Source: Candidatus Roizmanbacteria bacterium RIFCSPHIGHO2_02_FULL_40_13b (GTDB lineage: Bacteria > Patescibacteriota > Microgenomatia > UBA1406 > HO2-37-13b). From it: a stretch of DNA of 64,000 nt. The notes beneath the pieces are model-generated. The model did not search any database. It had not been told where the DNA came from and saw nothing but the letters and a program-made list of their open reading frames with translations. The position numbers and the translations under genes are program-made. The DNA is taken from assembly GCA_001789445.1 (NCBI GenBank), contig MFZQ01000014.1:11557-75556 (forward strand). The letters are read 5' to 3'. Shown here piece by piece: positions 39,077 to 48,828 of this stretch (its first letter is position 1; every line of letters starts with the position of its first letter).

Positions 39077-39137
39077 TTGAGATCCTGAAACCCGTCTTCG
39101 CAGGGCTACGCCGAGGCGAGCAAGTTCGGGATGACGG
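39077..39137. repeat. GC-rich intergenic repeat unit (GATCCTGAAAC...AAGTTCGGGATGACGG) related to 62268-62292
   Basis: It shares GATCC(C/T)GAAAC at the 5' end and AGTTCGGGATGACGG at the 3' end with the 62 kb copy. It lies between the convergent nuc and typA genes. Confidence 0.55.
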
Positions 39138-39141
39138 TTAG

Positions 39142-40968
39142 TTAGCTCCTCCCTGCTATCCTTCTCGCAGATTGAGTGAGGTAGCGTTTGCGAATTCGCA
39201 GGCTTTTTGGTGTTACTTCAAGAAGCTCGTCATCAGCAATAAAATCAAGTGATTGTTCAAGTGAAAGAATCGTTGCCGGCTCTAGACTTTCTGAGACTCC
39301 TTCTCCACTTGACCGATTATTCGTAAGCTTTTTTTCTCGACACACATGTACCTCGATATCTTCCTCTCGGCTGGCTTGCCCGACAACCATTCCTTCATAC
39401 ACCGTAATACCCGGACCGATAAAAAGCATTCCTCGTTCTTGCGCATTCACCAGCCCATATGTCATCGAGCTTCCGGCTTGTGTGGCAACAAGTGCCCCAC
39501 TTCGAACTTGTTCCATAGGAGATCCTTTTGGTTCATATCCTAAAAAGTACGAGCTCATAATCATCGTTCCACGTGTTTTAGTTAAAAGTGAGGAGCGGAT
39601 TCCGATAAGATTTTGGCTGGATATCTTGTAAATCATCCGCACCGTATCATTTCGATCAGTTGTCACATCAAGCATCGTGCCTTGGCGTTTCCCAAATTCT
39701 TCGCTCACCACTCCCATAAAATCTTTGTGAACATCAATCGTCACTTCTTCATACGGTTCGCAAACCATTCCATCAATCGTTTTGTAAATCACTTGCGGCC
39801 TGGAAACTTCAAGTTCAAATCCTTCCCGTCTCATTGTTTCAATAAGGATCGCTAGATGAAGCTCACCTCGCCCCCGGACCATAAATCCTGTTCCAGAAGA
39901 TGAATCATCTTCAATTTGCAGCCCTAAATTTGTTTGAATTTCTTTGGAAAGTCGTTCTTTTATTTGACGAGAAGTGGTAAATTCTCCTTCACGACCTGCA
40001 AGGGGAGATGTATTTGGACCAATGGTTATTTTAATTGTTGGTTCCTCAATTGAGATTGTAGGAAGTGCAACTGGAGTTGCTGGATCAGTAACGGTTTGAC
40101 CAATGGTAAGCTGGGCGATTCCGGCAAGTGCTACAATATCACCGCTTGTTATTTCCTCAACCTCAACTCGAGAAATTCCTTCACTTGTGTAAAGTTTGCT
40201 GGCTGTATAATTCCCCAAAACTCCTGTTTCATTTACAAGCGTTATTTTTTCACCTTTTTTAAGTTTCCCTTGATTTACTTTTCCAATACAAAGTCGACCG
40301 ACGTACAGATCATGATCGAGCGTAGAAATAAGCATTTGAAATGGTTTATCTTCATCAATCGCACTATTTGGAACTTCTTTGATGACCGTTTCAAAAAGCG
40401 GTGTTACATCTCCTGGAGTTTCGGGCGAATACTTTTCTGGTTTTTCAAAAAAAACTTTTCCGTCCCGACCTACCGCAAAAAGAGTGGTAAAGTGGAGCGC
40501 GGACTCATCATGTGCAAGCTCTAAAAACAAACTCTCAACTTCATGAATGACTTCGTCAGATCGTTCATCTTTTTTATCAATTTTATTTATAACAAGAATT
40601 ATTTTTAAGTGCGCTTCCAGGGCTTTTTTTAATACAAATTTAGTTTGAGGTAAAGGGCCTTCTGCCGCGTCGACAAGAAGGATGGCTCCGCTCGCCATAT
40701 TTATAATTCGCTCAACTTCTCCACCAAAATCCGCATGTCCGGGAGTATCAATAATATTGATCTTATGATCTTTATAGAACACACTCGTATTCTTGGAAAG
40801 AATGGTAATCCCCTTTTCACGCTCCAAATCGTTCGAATCCATGATGAGCGTTTGACCCATTTCTTTTTGATTGTCACGAAATGTATGTGTTTGTTTTAAA
40901 AGGGCGTCCACAAGCGTGGTTTTTCCATGATCAACGTGGGCAATAATAGCGATATTGTATATGTTCAT
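39142..40968 (-). CDS. typA: Translational GTPase TypA/BipA
   Basis: AIIAHVDHGKTTL and DTPGHADFGGEVER motifs with EF-G-like domains. ATG at 40968 (MNIYNIAII); an alternative GTG lies at 40986. Confidence 0.9.
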   Translation of the reverse strand: MNIYNIAIIAHVDHGKTTLVDALLKQTHTFRDNQKEMGQTLIMDSNDLEREKGITILSKNTSVFYKDHKINIIDTPGHADFGGEVERIINMASGAILLVDAAEGPLPQTKFVLKKALEAHLKIILVINKIDKKDERSDEVIHEVESLFLELAHDESALHFTTLFAVGRDGKVFFEKPEKYSPETPGDVTPLFETVIKEVPNSAIDEDKPFQMLISTLDHDLYVGRLCIGKVNQGKLKKGEKITLVNETGVLGNYTASKLYTSEGISRVEVEEITSGDIVALAGIAQLTIGQTVTDPATPVALPTISIEEPTIKITIGPNTSPLAGREGEFTTSRQIKERLSKEIQTNLGLQIEDDSSSGTGFMVRGRGELHLAILIETMRREGFELEVSRPQVIYKTIDGMVCEPYEEVTIDVHKDFMGVVSEEFGKRQGTMLDVTTDRNDTVRMIYKISSQNLIGIRSSLLTKTRGTMIMSSYFLGYEPKGSPMEQVRSGALVATQAGSSMTYGLVNAQERGMLFIGPGITVYEGMVVGQASREEDIEVHVCREKKLTNNRSSGEGVSESLEPATILSLEQSLDFIADDELLEVTPKSLRIRKRYLTQSARRIAGRS

Positions 40969-40998
40969 ATTGTTACAAAGGACCACTAATTATATCAC

Positions 40999-41025
40999 GT
41001 TTGGTCCACCTTTTGTGGACCAAAC
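40999..41025. repeat. Perfect 11 bp stem hairpin GTTTGGTCCAC-cttt-GTGGACCAAAC
   Basis: Read from the sequence. It lies between the typA start and repeat copy B. Confidence 0.5.
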
Positions 41026-41148
41026 GGAGAGGAGAGGATGGGGGGGATTGGGAGATAGGGAGAATCCTCCCCTCTGTTTTTTTCTCCTCCTCATCTCCTC
41101 CGCCACACCCCATCTCCCTATCTTCTCCTCCCCTCCTCTCTCCTCTTC
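41026..41148. repeat. Polypurine/polypyrimidine hairpin element (copy B) upstream of a TATAAT box and the ZIP transporter gene
   Basis: GA-rich arm 41026-41063 and CT-rich arm 41068-41148, sharing ATCTCCCTATCtTCTCCTCCCCTCCTCTCTCC with copy A. Followed by gcTATAATc. Confidence 0.6.
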
Positions 41149-41246
41149 CCATGCTATAATCACACAGTGCATAAACAACTAACCATCGTCTGTGGATGCG
41201 TTGTACCACTTGACTTATTGCAAATCATTTGCAATAATACCAATGC

Positions 41247-41990
41247 ATGTCTATATTTCTTCAAATAATTCTTGCAACGTTCATTACCAGCAGTCTTTCT
41301 CTTGTTGGAGGATCTTTACTTATTTGGAAAAAACTTCTTGATCATAAATATTTACCACACTTTGTAAGTTTTGCGGCTGGAGTAATGCTTACAACCGCTT
41401 TTATTGATTTACTTCCCGAAGCTATCGAAAATAGTACAAATCACGCAATATACGAATCTGTCTTACTTGGAATTGTCGTATTTTTCTTTTTGGAGCGCTT
41501 TGTACTTTGGTTTCATCATCACGATGACCTACATGGAACTAAGCCGACAGCAGTCCTTATTCTCTTGGGAGACGCACTTCACAATATGTTTGATGGAGCT
41601 GCGATTGCAGCAGCTTTCCTCACCAATCCGAGTTTGGGAATTGTAACGACTATCGCAATTGCGGCGCACGAAATTCCCCATGAAATTGCTGACTTCACTA
41701 TTCTTATTCATGGTGGAATGAAAAAAACACGAGCTCTCTATTTCAATTTTTTATCTGCACTTACCGCATTCGTTGGGGCGATAAGTGGATACTTTTTTCT
41801 GTCGCAAGTTGAGGAAATTCGGCCGCTATTTTTGGGATTCAGTGCCGGAATGTTCATTTACATCGCCTGTTCAGACCTTATTCCCGATATGCATACTGAG
41901 TTTAAGAAACAAAAAAGATGGAAACAAAGTTGGCCCTTCATTGTAGGACTGTTAGTTGGGTACACACTCATTACAACATTGCATCATTAA
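41247..41990 (+). CDS. ZIP-family zinc/metal transporter (ZupT-like)
   Basis: AIAAHEIPHEIADFTIL signature (HExPHE), about 8 TM segments, 247 aa. Confidence 0.8.
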   Translation: MSIFLQIILATFITSSLSLVGGSLLIWKKLLDHKYLPHFVSFAAGVMLTTAFIDLLPEAIENSTNHAIYESVLLGIVVFFFLERFVLWFHHHDDLHGTKPTAVLILLGDALHNMFDGAAIAAAFLTNPSLGIVTTIAIAAHEIPHEIADFTILIHGGMKKTRALYFNFLSALTAFVGAISGYFFLSQVEEIRPLFLGFSAGMFIYIACSDLIPDMHTEFKKQKRWKQSWPFIVGLLVGYTLITTLHH

Positions 41991-42098
41991 TTAAAGGAAG
42001 ATTGCACCCAAGATCCCAACCGCAACAAGTCCAATACCGGCTTTCACCCACGTTTTTTTCTCAACCCATAATACCTTATTTTCCTTTTCAGCCATATT

Positions 42099-42350
42099 TT
42101 ATTTATACACAACTCCTCGATGTCCAACAGAAATGATATTAACTATTTTATCTTTCTCGTTAACTATATAAATTATACGAAAAGGACCTACTTTACTTGA
42201 AAATTTTCCTATTAATTCTCTAGTCAATGGTTTCCAGTAAAAGGGATCCTCTTTTAATTCTCGAATAATGAGTGAAATTACAGATTCGAATCGTTTGGGT
42301 ATTAATTTTAACTGTCGTTTTGCTTTAGGAGCAATAATAACAGTAAACAT
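42099..42350 (-). CDS. Type II toxin, RelE/ParE family
   Basis: 83 aa, C-terminus FRIIYIVNEKDKIVNIISVGHRGVVYK, and a position downstream of a Phd/YefM gene with overlapping stop and start. Confidence 0.7.
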   Translation of the reverse strand: MFTVIIAPKAKRQLKLIPKRFESVISLIIRELKEDPFYWKPLTRELIGKFSSKVGPFRIIYIVNEKDKIVNIISVGHRGVVYK

Positions 42351-42622
42351 TATTCAAAACCCAACTCTTTTTTAACGTCTTCCCAATTTTCACCTTTGCC
42401 TTCACGTATTTCTTTCTCTCCTTGACGAATAGCTTTCATGAGCGCTTTATCAGCTAAAATCTCATTTGTCTCTTTAATAGATTCATATTCTGAAAATGGA
42501 ATGATTATCGCGGCAGGAGCACCATTTACCGTAATAATATATTCGTGAAGTTTTTTGTGAGCGTTATCAACCAATTTCGTTAAATTCCCCCGTGCTTGTG
42601 TGATCGACAATGTTTGTGTCAT
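42350..42622 (-). CDS. Type II antitoxin, Phd/YefM family
   Basis: LSITQARGNLTKLVD...APAAIIIPFSEYESIKETNEIL. The ORF extends to 42658; probable start at MTQTLS. Confidence 0.65.
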   Translation of the reverse strand: MTQTLSITQARGNLTKLVDNAHKKLHEYIITVNGAPAAIIIPFSEYESIKETNEILADKALMKAIRQGEKEIREGKGENWEDVKKELGFE

Positions 42623-42687
42623 ACTGTATATGGTACATAATTCTGTACAGAATGTCAAGAAGTTAAAAAGTAATCTATCTTATTCGC

Positions 42688-43128
42688 TCACGGATTGACA
42701 ATTATTTCTTGGACGAAGTTACCTTCGAGTGGAGAAGAATTGCTGTAGTCGGCATACCGAAGATAACTGGGTTTCAGTTCATAAACCATGATGTCTCCTT
42801 TCTCAATTTTTTCAATTGGGGGCGGCCAATTAAAAAGCTTTCCGTGTTCTATTACTTCTTCTTTTACATAAATTTTTGTAAACATCTGAATAATTGTTCT
42901 AATTTTTTCAAATCCACTAATTGCAATAGCAATTCCATTTGCCTCAACTGTTTTATAACTATCCTGATCACTTACGACAACAGAGACTTTTGAGTTTGCG
43001 GCAATATTTGCAACTTTTGCTGTTTCTGATTTGGTAATAAAATAAAAGTTTAAGTCTTCGTTGGCTACGAAAAACATTGAAGATAAATGAGGAGAGTTAT
43101 CGGGTGAGGTTGTTCCAAAAACAGCCAA
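42688..43128 (-). CDS. Pyridoxamine 5'-phosphate oxidase-like FMN-binding split-barrel protein
   Basis: About 146 aa with a PNPOx-like pattern. Weak. Confidence 0.4.
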   Translation of the reverse strand: MAVFGTTSPDNSPHLSSMFFVANEDLNFYFITKSETAKVANIAANSKVSVVVSDQDSYKTVEANGIAIAISGFEKIRTIIQMFTKIYVKEEVIEHGKLFNWPPPIEKIEKGDIMVYELKPSYLRYADYSNSSPLEGNFVQEIIVNP

Positions 43129-43194
43129 ATGTCGTGAATTAAGAAATTCATAGACGTCTTGTTTCGTGACTTGAGTGTCTGTATTCTTGCTATT

Positions 43195-43410
43195 CTATTT
43201 GATACTATTTGCAACATATCCTGTTTTTTTTATTTGTTCAAGTATCTCTTTTATTGTAACTTTTTTTTCATCAAATGCAATATCAGTTTGACAGGTAGCG
43301 TATTTTGTTTTTGCCTCGTGTACTCCATCCAAATCTTCCAAGTCAAAATCAATACTCATTGCACATGATGTACAATGCATTCCCTCAATTTGTAATTTTA
43401 TTTTTGTCAT
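43195..43410 (-). CDS. copZ: Copper chaperone CopZ (HMA domain)
   Basis: GMHCTSCA metal-binding motif, 71 aa. Confidence 0.8.
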   Translation of the reverse strand: MTKIKLQIEGMHCTSCAMSIDFDLEDLDGVHEAKTKYATCQTDIAFDEKKVTIKEILEQIKKTGYVANSIK

Positions 43411-44396
43411 ATAACTTCAATAGTTCCTCGATACATCCCCATGGAACAAGTAAAAGGAATCTGCCCGATTTGTTTGGGAGTAAAGGTAATTGTTTGAGTT
43501 TCATTTGGCAATAAATTCCTTTCTATTCCCAATGACGGAATACGAAATGCCGAAGCACAACTAAATGCGTCTTTACTAGTGAGGATTATTTGTACTGGGA
43601 GATTTTTTTTAACACGAATTGTATTTGGAGAATAACCGGAAGACGTTATTATAATCTCAACATTTTGACTTGTTACTACTTGTTGTTTTGGAGTAGAAGC
43701 AAATAAGGAATTAAGATTTATTGGAGATCCAAGTGCTACTAATGATCCATTGATTGAAATAATACCGAGATACAAAACTGCAAATGCTGCAATTTTCAAG
43801 AATTTTTCTCTGAATGTATCCCCTAATACACTGGTTATCCAACCAACTCCAAAAAACAATGGAGTAGTTCCTATTATAAATGTCGCCATAATAAGTGCTC
43901 CAGAAAGAGCGTTCGCACTACTGATCGCTAATGCTTCCATCGCAAGTGTTGTTCCACAAGGAATAAAAATTGTCATTGCACCAAGAAGTGCTGGTGCAAA
44001 AACTGCTTTGCTTTTAGATTGATTTCGTATCCTCTTTGTCAGAAACCGTGGTGGTTGAATAATTGCATATCGAAATATCGGATGGACATTCAATAGATTC
44101 AGCGCAACAACGATCATATAGATTCCTGCCGCAAGCTGCATAGTAGTTTGAACTGTCTGATTTATTCCAACTGCTTTTCCAAATAGTCCAAGAAGAAATC
44201 CAAGAGCTGTGTATGTGATAAGTCTAGCTATCAAAAATGTTGCTGTAGACAAAATAGGATTTTTTGTATTTACTCCTTTCTCAATTTCCTCTTCTTCACG
44301 TGCGGCAATAACAGAAGCCAGTAACCCACCCTGTACAGCCAAACAGGTTAGTCCTCCAACAGTTAGTCCGGTTATAAATATTACCCAAAGATTCAT
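43407..44396 (-). CDS. Polytopic membrane permease (TauE/SafE-like?) fused to a C-terminal cupredoxin-like domain
   Basis: Gly-rich TM helices ([23 protein letters not shown]) and a C-terminus [16 protein letters not shown] paralogous to the 46609-46968 protein. Located inside the cop operon. Confidence 0.45.
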   Translation of the reverse strand: MNLWVIFITGLTVGGLTCLAVQGGLLASVIAAREEEEIEKGVNTKNPILSTATFLIARLITYTALGFLLGLFGKAVGINQTVQTTMQLAAGIYMIVVALNLLNVHPIFRYAIIQPPRFLTKRIRNQSKSKAVFAPALLGAMTIFIPCGTTLAMEALAISSANALSGALIMATFIIGTTPLFFGVGWITSVLGDTFREKFLKIAAFAVLYLGIISINGSLVALGSPINLNSLFASTPKQQVVTSQNVEIIITSSGYSPNTIRVKKNLPVQIILTSKDAFSCASAFRIPSLGIERNLLPNETQTITFTPKQIGQIPFTCSMGMYRGTIEVI

Positions 44397-46606
44397 ATGA
44401 TTATTTTGGCCCTTTTTAATAAAAGAGAATTAGTAACGACCGATATTGAACTTGATGCCATTGCAATGGATGCTAAAATAGGACTTAGCACTATGCCAAA
44501 AAATGGGTACAGCACCCCCATCGCAACTGGTATCAGTATTATATTATACCCGAATGCCCAGAATAGGTTAAGCTTAATAGTTCGCATTGTTTTATTGGAA
44601 AGCATGATTGCCGAACCAACAGAACGCAAGTCCTTATTGATAAGGGTAATATCAGCGGCTTCTATGGCCACATCTGTTCCGGTACCCATGGCAATTCCTA
44701 CGTCGGCGGCGGCAAGCGCAGGCGCATCATTAATTCCATCGCCAACCATAGCCACAACTCGATCAGCCCGTTGAAGTTCTCGAATAATTTTTTCTTTATC
44801 TTCTGGCAAAACTTGTGCGTACATTTTCACTATTCCTACTTGGTCAGCAATAGCTTGGGCAGTCCGCTCATTATCACCCGTGATCATAATTGCTTCAATT
44901 CCCATTTTCTGCAAGGCTTGTACTCCAACGTGCGCCGAATCTTTGATAGTATCTGCAACAGCGATAAGTCCGAGGAGGGATCCCTCGCTGGCGAGTAGCA
45001 TTACTGTTTTCCCCTCTCGTTCAAGTTTTTCAATTTCTTCTTTATGAGAGCTCGTCTCGATTTTTTCACGTGTCATCAGACGCATATTTCCAAAAAAAAC
45101 GGTGTTTCCCTCGATTGTACCTTCAACCCCATGACCTGTAATTGCTTTAAATCCTTCGACTTTGCTTAGAGAGAGATTATCAGCTTCTGCTCTTTTCACA
45201 ATTGCCTCAGCAAGCGAGTGTTCAGATCCTTTCTCAAGCGATGCTGCAAGTTGTAACATATTCTGACTACCAATTATATCTGTCACTTCTGGTTTTCCAT
45301 AGGTAAGCGTTCCGGTTTTATCAAAAACAATAGTAGTTATTTTATGGGCAATTTCGAGACTTGCGGCATCTTTAATTAAAATTCCATGCTCCGCTCCCTT
45401 TCCTGTTCCCACCATAATTGCTGTTGGCGTGGCAAGACCCATTGCACACGGACAAGCAATAATGAGCACTGCTACTGTGTTCAGAAGTGCATATACAAAA
45501 CTTGGATTTGGACCAAATATATACCATACTCCAAACGTGATAAACGCGAGCATAATAACAATAGGAACAAAATATGAAGACACAACGTCGGCCAAACGTT
45601 GAATAGGTGCTTTTGAGCCTTGTGCTTCAGTAACCAGTTTGATAATTTGTGCAAGCATTGTGTCTGCACCAACCTTAGTAGCTTTATACAGAAACGTTCC
45701 TGTTTTATTTAGTGTTGCCCCAACGACTATATCATCTTTCATTTTGTCAACGGGAATACTTTCACCGGTTATCATGGATTCGTCAATACTTGATTCCCCC
45801 TCAATAATAATTCCATCGACTGGAATTTTTTCACCTGGTCGAACCCGAATAATATCATCTTTTTGTACTTCTTCGATAGGAACGTCTACTTCTTTTTCAT
45901 CTCGTACAACACGAGCAGTTTTTGCCTGCATTCCTAGTAATTTTTTAATCGCACTACTTGTTCCAAGTTTTGCCTTTGCTTCCAAATACCGACCTAACAA
46001 TATAAGTGCAATTACGAGAACTGAAACGTCAAAATAGGGCATTGTTTCCAGACCAAATCGGGCGATACTTTGGGGAAAAATAGCTACAATTGCTGAAAAA
46101 GAATATGCAACTGTTGTGCCTAAAGCAACAAGTGTGTCCATATTGGCAGTTCGGTGTTTGAGCGCGGGTATCATGGCTCGGTAAAATGTTGCACCAGCCC
46201 AAAATTGAATTGGCGTCGCCAATATAAACTGAATAATTGGATCTTGGAAGAAAAGAGGTGCGGTTTGTGAAAGTCCTGGCAGACTTCCCCAAAGAATGGT
46301 TACTCCTATTGCAAGACTGGTAACCATTTTAATCTCCAACTCATTTAGTTCTTTTTTCTTTTCAAGCTCAATCTCTTGCTCACTTTTCTCTGTAAGTTCA
46401 AGTGTATATCCTGTTTTGCTAATAGCGTCGGCCATATTTTGGGGAGTACATATATCAGAATCGTAGCTAACGGTAGCCTTTCCGGTGGCTAGGTTCACTA
46501 TAGCCTGCGAAACTCCGGGAGTTTTTGAGAGAGCTCGCTCAGTCACCCGTACGCATGATGCACAGTGCATGCCTTTTATTGGAAATGATTTTTTTACTTC
46601 TGTCAT
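44393..46606 (-). CDS. copA: Copper-translocating P1B-type ATPase CopA
   Basis: N-terminal [14 protein letters not shown] motif ([11 protein letters not shown]), DKTGTLT and [10 protein letters not shown]. Start taken at MTEVKK (46606); the ORF reaches 46651. Confidence 0.9.
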   Translation of the reverse strand: MTEVKKSFPIKGMHCASCVRVTERALSKTPGVSQAIVNLATGKATVSYDSDICTPQNMADAISKTGYTLELTEKSEQEIELEKKKELNELEIKMVTSLAIGVTILWGSLPGLSQTAPLFFQDPIIQFILATPIQFWAGATFYRAMIPALKHRTANMDTLVALGTTVAYSFSAIVAIFPQSIARFGLETMPYFDVSVLVIALILLGRYLEAKAKLGTSSAIKKLLGMQAKTARVVRDEKEVDVPIEEVQKDDIIRVRPGEKIPVDGIIIEGESSIDESMITGESIPVDKMKDDIVVGATLNKTGTFLYKATKVGADTMLAQIIKLVTEAQGSKAPIQRLADVVSSYFVPIVIMLAFITFGVWYIFGPNPSFVYALLNTVAVLIIACPCAMGLATPTAIMVGTGKGAEHGILIKDAASLEIAHKITTIVFDKTGTLTYGKPEVTDIIGSQNMLQLAASLEKGSEHSLAEAIVKRAEADNLSLSKVEGFKAITGHGVEGTIEGNTVFFGNMRLMTREKIETSSHKEEIEKLEREGKTVMLLASEGSLLGLIAVADTIKDSAHVGVQALQKMGIEAIMITGDNERTAQAIADQVGIVKMYAQVLPEDKEKIIRELQRADRVVAMVGDGINDAPALAAADVGIAMGTGTDVAIEAADITLINKDLRSVGSAIMLSNKTMRTIKLNLFWAFGYNIILIPVAMGVLYPFFGIVLSPILASIAMASSSISVVTNSLLLKRAKIII

Positions 46607-46608
46607 AA

Positions 46609-46968
46609 TTATGTCACTAGTAACTTTCCATGAAACATGCCCATTCCACACGAAAAAATATGTTCACCCGATTTTTCGGGGGTCACTTCAATCGTAACTT
46701 TTTGATTTAGTGGAAGAAATTTGCGAATTTTAAAATCCCCTAAAACAACTTCTTCCAAACAACTTGATTGGTCTTTACGTAAAAAGGTTAATATTGTTGT
46801 TTTATTTTTTTGGATTGAAATAGTGCTTGGAGTATAGCCACCATCTACAACAATTTCTATTTCAGAATCGGCCTTAACAACAGCATCTTTTTTCATCAAA
46901 AAGAACCAATAGGTACATACAATACCAACCATGCTAAAAATTGCAACAAAAATTTTATCTAGTGTCAT
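46609..46968 (-). CDS. Membrane-anchored cupredoxin-like domain protein
   Basis: N-terminal TM and a C-terminus [26 protein letters not shown]. Start taken at MTLDK (46968), avoiding overlap with the upstream gene. Confidence 0.5.
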   Translation of the reverse strand: MTLDKIFVAIFSMVGIVCTYWFFLMKKDAVVKADSEIEIVVDGGYTPSTISIQKNKTTILTFLRKDQSSCLEEVVLGDFKIRKFLPLNQKVTIEVTPEKSGEHIFSCGMGMFHGKLLVT

Positions 46969-46970
46969 AC

Positions 46971-47408
46971 TTAATACCCCCAGTCTTTCTGCCACTGTTT
47001 CATCATGCCTACTTCGGCTGTTTGTGAAGAAATAATATCATCTGCCATTTTCTTAAGTTCGTCATGTTGGGCATTTTTTTGTGCTTCTTTTGCCATCTCA
47101 ATTGCACCTTGATGATGAGGAATCATGGCATTAATGAATGCTCTATCAAACTCGTCGTCACTAGTATCCGATAGTGACTCCATCATGTCATCCATACTTG
47201 AATTCATTCCCATCCCCGTATCTTCCTGATCGACCTCTTTCACTATCTCTTGCTTTTCTGCATTCAAACGCATTCCCATCATACGCATGGCACCTGTCAT
47301 ATTGTTATTAACAGCATTTGATGCAAAAAAAACAGTTAAGACAATACCAGCGAGAAATCCAATTATTCCATACAAAACCGCTTTTTCATTTTTCATAGTA
47401 TTCACCAC
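46971..47408 (-). CDS. DUF305-family Met-rich protein (copper-resistance associated)
   Basis: MIPHHQGAIEMA motif with Met-rich stretches (MRMMGM, MGMNSSMDDMM) and an N-terminal TM. Confidence 0.6.
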   Translation of the reverse strand: MVNTMKNEKAVLYGIIGFLAGIVLTVFFASNAVNNNMTGAMRMMGMRLNAEKQEIVKEVDQEDTGMGMNSSMDDMMESLSDTSDDEFDRAFINAMIPHHQGAIEMAKEAQKNAQHDELKKMADDIISSQTAEVGMMKQWQKDWGY

Positions 47409-47422
47409 CTTTCAAAAAAATT

Positions 47423-47698
47423 CTATTTCTTAATAAATTTGTTATACGCTATTGCAAATACATATCCAGAAATCCATGCAAATCCGACAAAGGTAATAAG
47501 TCCAACTGTCATTGATCCGATATCTGGTGTTGCTGGTGGCAATGACTTAAAATCAACTCCGTGAAACCAGCTACTCATGACTCCCATGTAACTGTTTTGT
47601 GAAATAGCTACCCAGGCAAGGCAAAGTACATACCATACCCCTCCAACTAGTGCCAGTGCGTTTGCTGTTGCTTTTGGTTCGTGTTGCATATTCATCAC
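47423..47698 (-). CDS. Small membrane protein (91 aa), function unknown
   Basis: Two predicted TM helices. Lies in the cop operon between csoR and the DUF305 gene. Confidence 0.3.
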   Translation of the reverse strand: MMNMQHEPKATANALALVGGVWYVLCLAWVAISQNSYMGVMSSWFHGVDFKSLPPATPDIGSMTVGLITFVGFAWISGYVFAIAYNKFIKK

Positions 47699-47703
47699 CC
47701 CCT

Positions 47704-47976
47704 TCAGTTTGATTTTTTAAAAATATTCATAACTTCAGCTATTGCTTCTTCGCTATTTCCGTTTTTAATCGAATCAGAAACACATGATTTGAGATGATTT
47801 TCAAGAATTAGATTGTCTGTTTCTATAATGGCTTTTTGCACGGCCTGCGATTGTGTAAGAACATCAATACAGTATTCATCTGACTCTATCATTGAAATAA
47901 CTTTATTGAGATGACCTCGAGCAATCTTCAACCGATGAAGAACTCGCTCTTTTGAATCTTTTGGTTTGTATGACAT
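47704..47976 (-). CDS. csoR: Copper-sensing repressor CsoR (CsoR/RcnR family)
   Basis: HRLKIARGHLNKVISMIESDEYCIDVLTQSQAVQKAI...HLKSCV, with conserved Cys/His ligand positions. 90 aa. Confidence 0.75.
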   Translation of the reverse strand: MSYKPKDSKERVLHRLKIARGHLNKVISMIESDEYCIDVLTQSQAVQKAIIETDNLILENHLKSCVSDSIKNGNSEEAIAEVMNIFKKSN

Positions 47977-47993
47977 AGCTCATTAGGAATAGT

Positions 47994-48014
47994 ATATCCC
48001 CTATAGGGGGATAT
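47994..48014. promoter_or_regulatory. Candidate CsoR operator: GC-core palindrome ATATCCCC-TATA-GGGGGATAT
   Basis: Near-perfect 21 bp palindrome 18 bp upstream of the csoR start. It resembles known CsoR boxes (B. subtilis TACCCTACGGGGGTA). Confidence 0.55.
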
Positions 48015-48035
48015 TACTACATTTGTAAAAAGTTG

Positions 48036-48710
48036 TCAAGCGGTAATTGGTGGAGGCTGAATATGTTCTTTTTTGGGAAAAATCGCAACAACGATTCGTG
48101 CGATAAGTACTACAAAAGCAAACCAATAGGTGATTTGACCCAGTAATCGTTTTATTACAAAAACTCCATCCTTTTGTTCCATCAGAAAAAAATGAAGAAC
48201 TACAAGCGCAAGTGCAATATAGCTCGTCATTTGTAATTTCTTCCACATACCTTCAGGAAGTTTTTCAAATATCATATGAAAAGATGAAACGGTTACCATA
48301 AAAAGGATCAACAGTGCGATTAGTCCAGCTTGAATACCAATTGTATTGCTCTTGGTAAAATTAAATAATCGAAAAAAATCAAATTTATAAAAAAACATAA
48401 TGACAAGAAATGTGTGAATTATTGCCAAGACAAAACTTGCAATTCCCCAATGCTTACGATGTACTTTTAAGATATTTACCGCTGGGATAAAACGAGAAAG
48501 TGAGCCGATGAAAAGTGTGATTGAAAGCAATGCAATTGCCACAAGTCCCGTGGTTTTGATCATCTCTGATGGAGTTATTTTGCCGAAATTGTAAAAGAAA
48601 AAATAGATCAATAATATCCCTATTGGTACAATCCAATCGAGCAATTTTTGTAGTAAATTTTTATCCATCGAAAAATGATCTGGGTGTTCCGGTGGTTTAA
48701 GATTTTCCAT
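48036..48710 (-). CDS. Ferric-reductase-like / MsrQ(YedZ)-like heme-binding membrane protein
   Basis: Six TM helices with conserved His residues in TM helices (HRKHWGIASFVLAIIH, HMIFEKL, HFFL). Confidence 0.4.
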   Translation of the reverse strand: MENLKPPEHPDHFSMDKNLLQKLLDWIVPIGILLIYFFFYNFGKITPSEMIKTTGLVAIALLSITLFIGSLSRFIPAVNILKVHRKHWGIASFVLAIIHTFLVIMFFYKFDFFRLFNFTKSNTIGIQAGLIALLILFMVTVSSFHMIFEKLPEGMWKKLQMTSYIALALVVLHFFLMEQKDGVFVIKRLLGQITYWFAFVVLIARIVVAIFPKKEHIQPPPITA

Positions 48711-48828
48711 AATTATGCTCTTTTAATTGTACTGTAATTGCCAACAAAAAAATAGTTATCATAATAAGTTGACACATGATACACATCGGACAAAATTTTG
48801 ATAAAAGAGTATATTTTTATGTGGTCGT

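Noticed and set aside
39188-39631. 147 aa ORF antisense within typA (also 39346-39543 and 39613-39855)
   Set aside because: It sits inside a conserved GTPase gene and its composition is low-complexity Ser/Arg-rich.
40955-41209. Three overlapping 62-78 aa ORFs with Gly/Glu/Arg-rich or Pro/Leu/Ser-rich translations; same for 21903-22091
   Set aside because: They are translations of the polypurine/polypyrimidine repeat element. Low complexity in both strands indicates non-coding repeat DNA.
45639-46037. 132 aa ORF antisense in copA (also 44397-44774, 45386-45577)
   Set aside because: They lie inside the P1B-ATPase gene, which has all canonical motifs on the minus strand.
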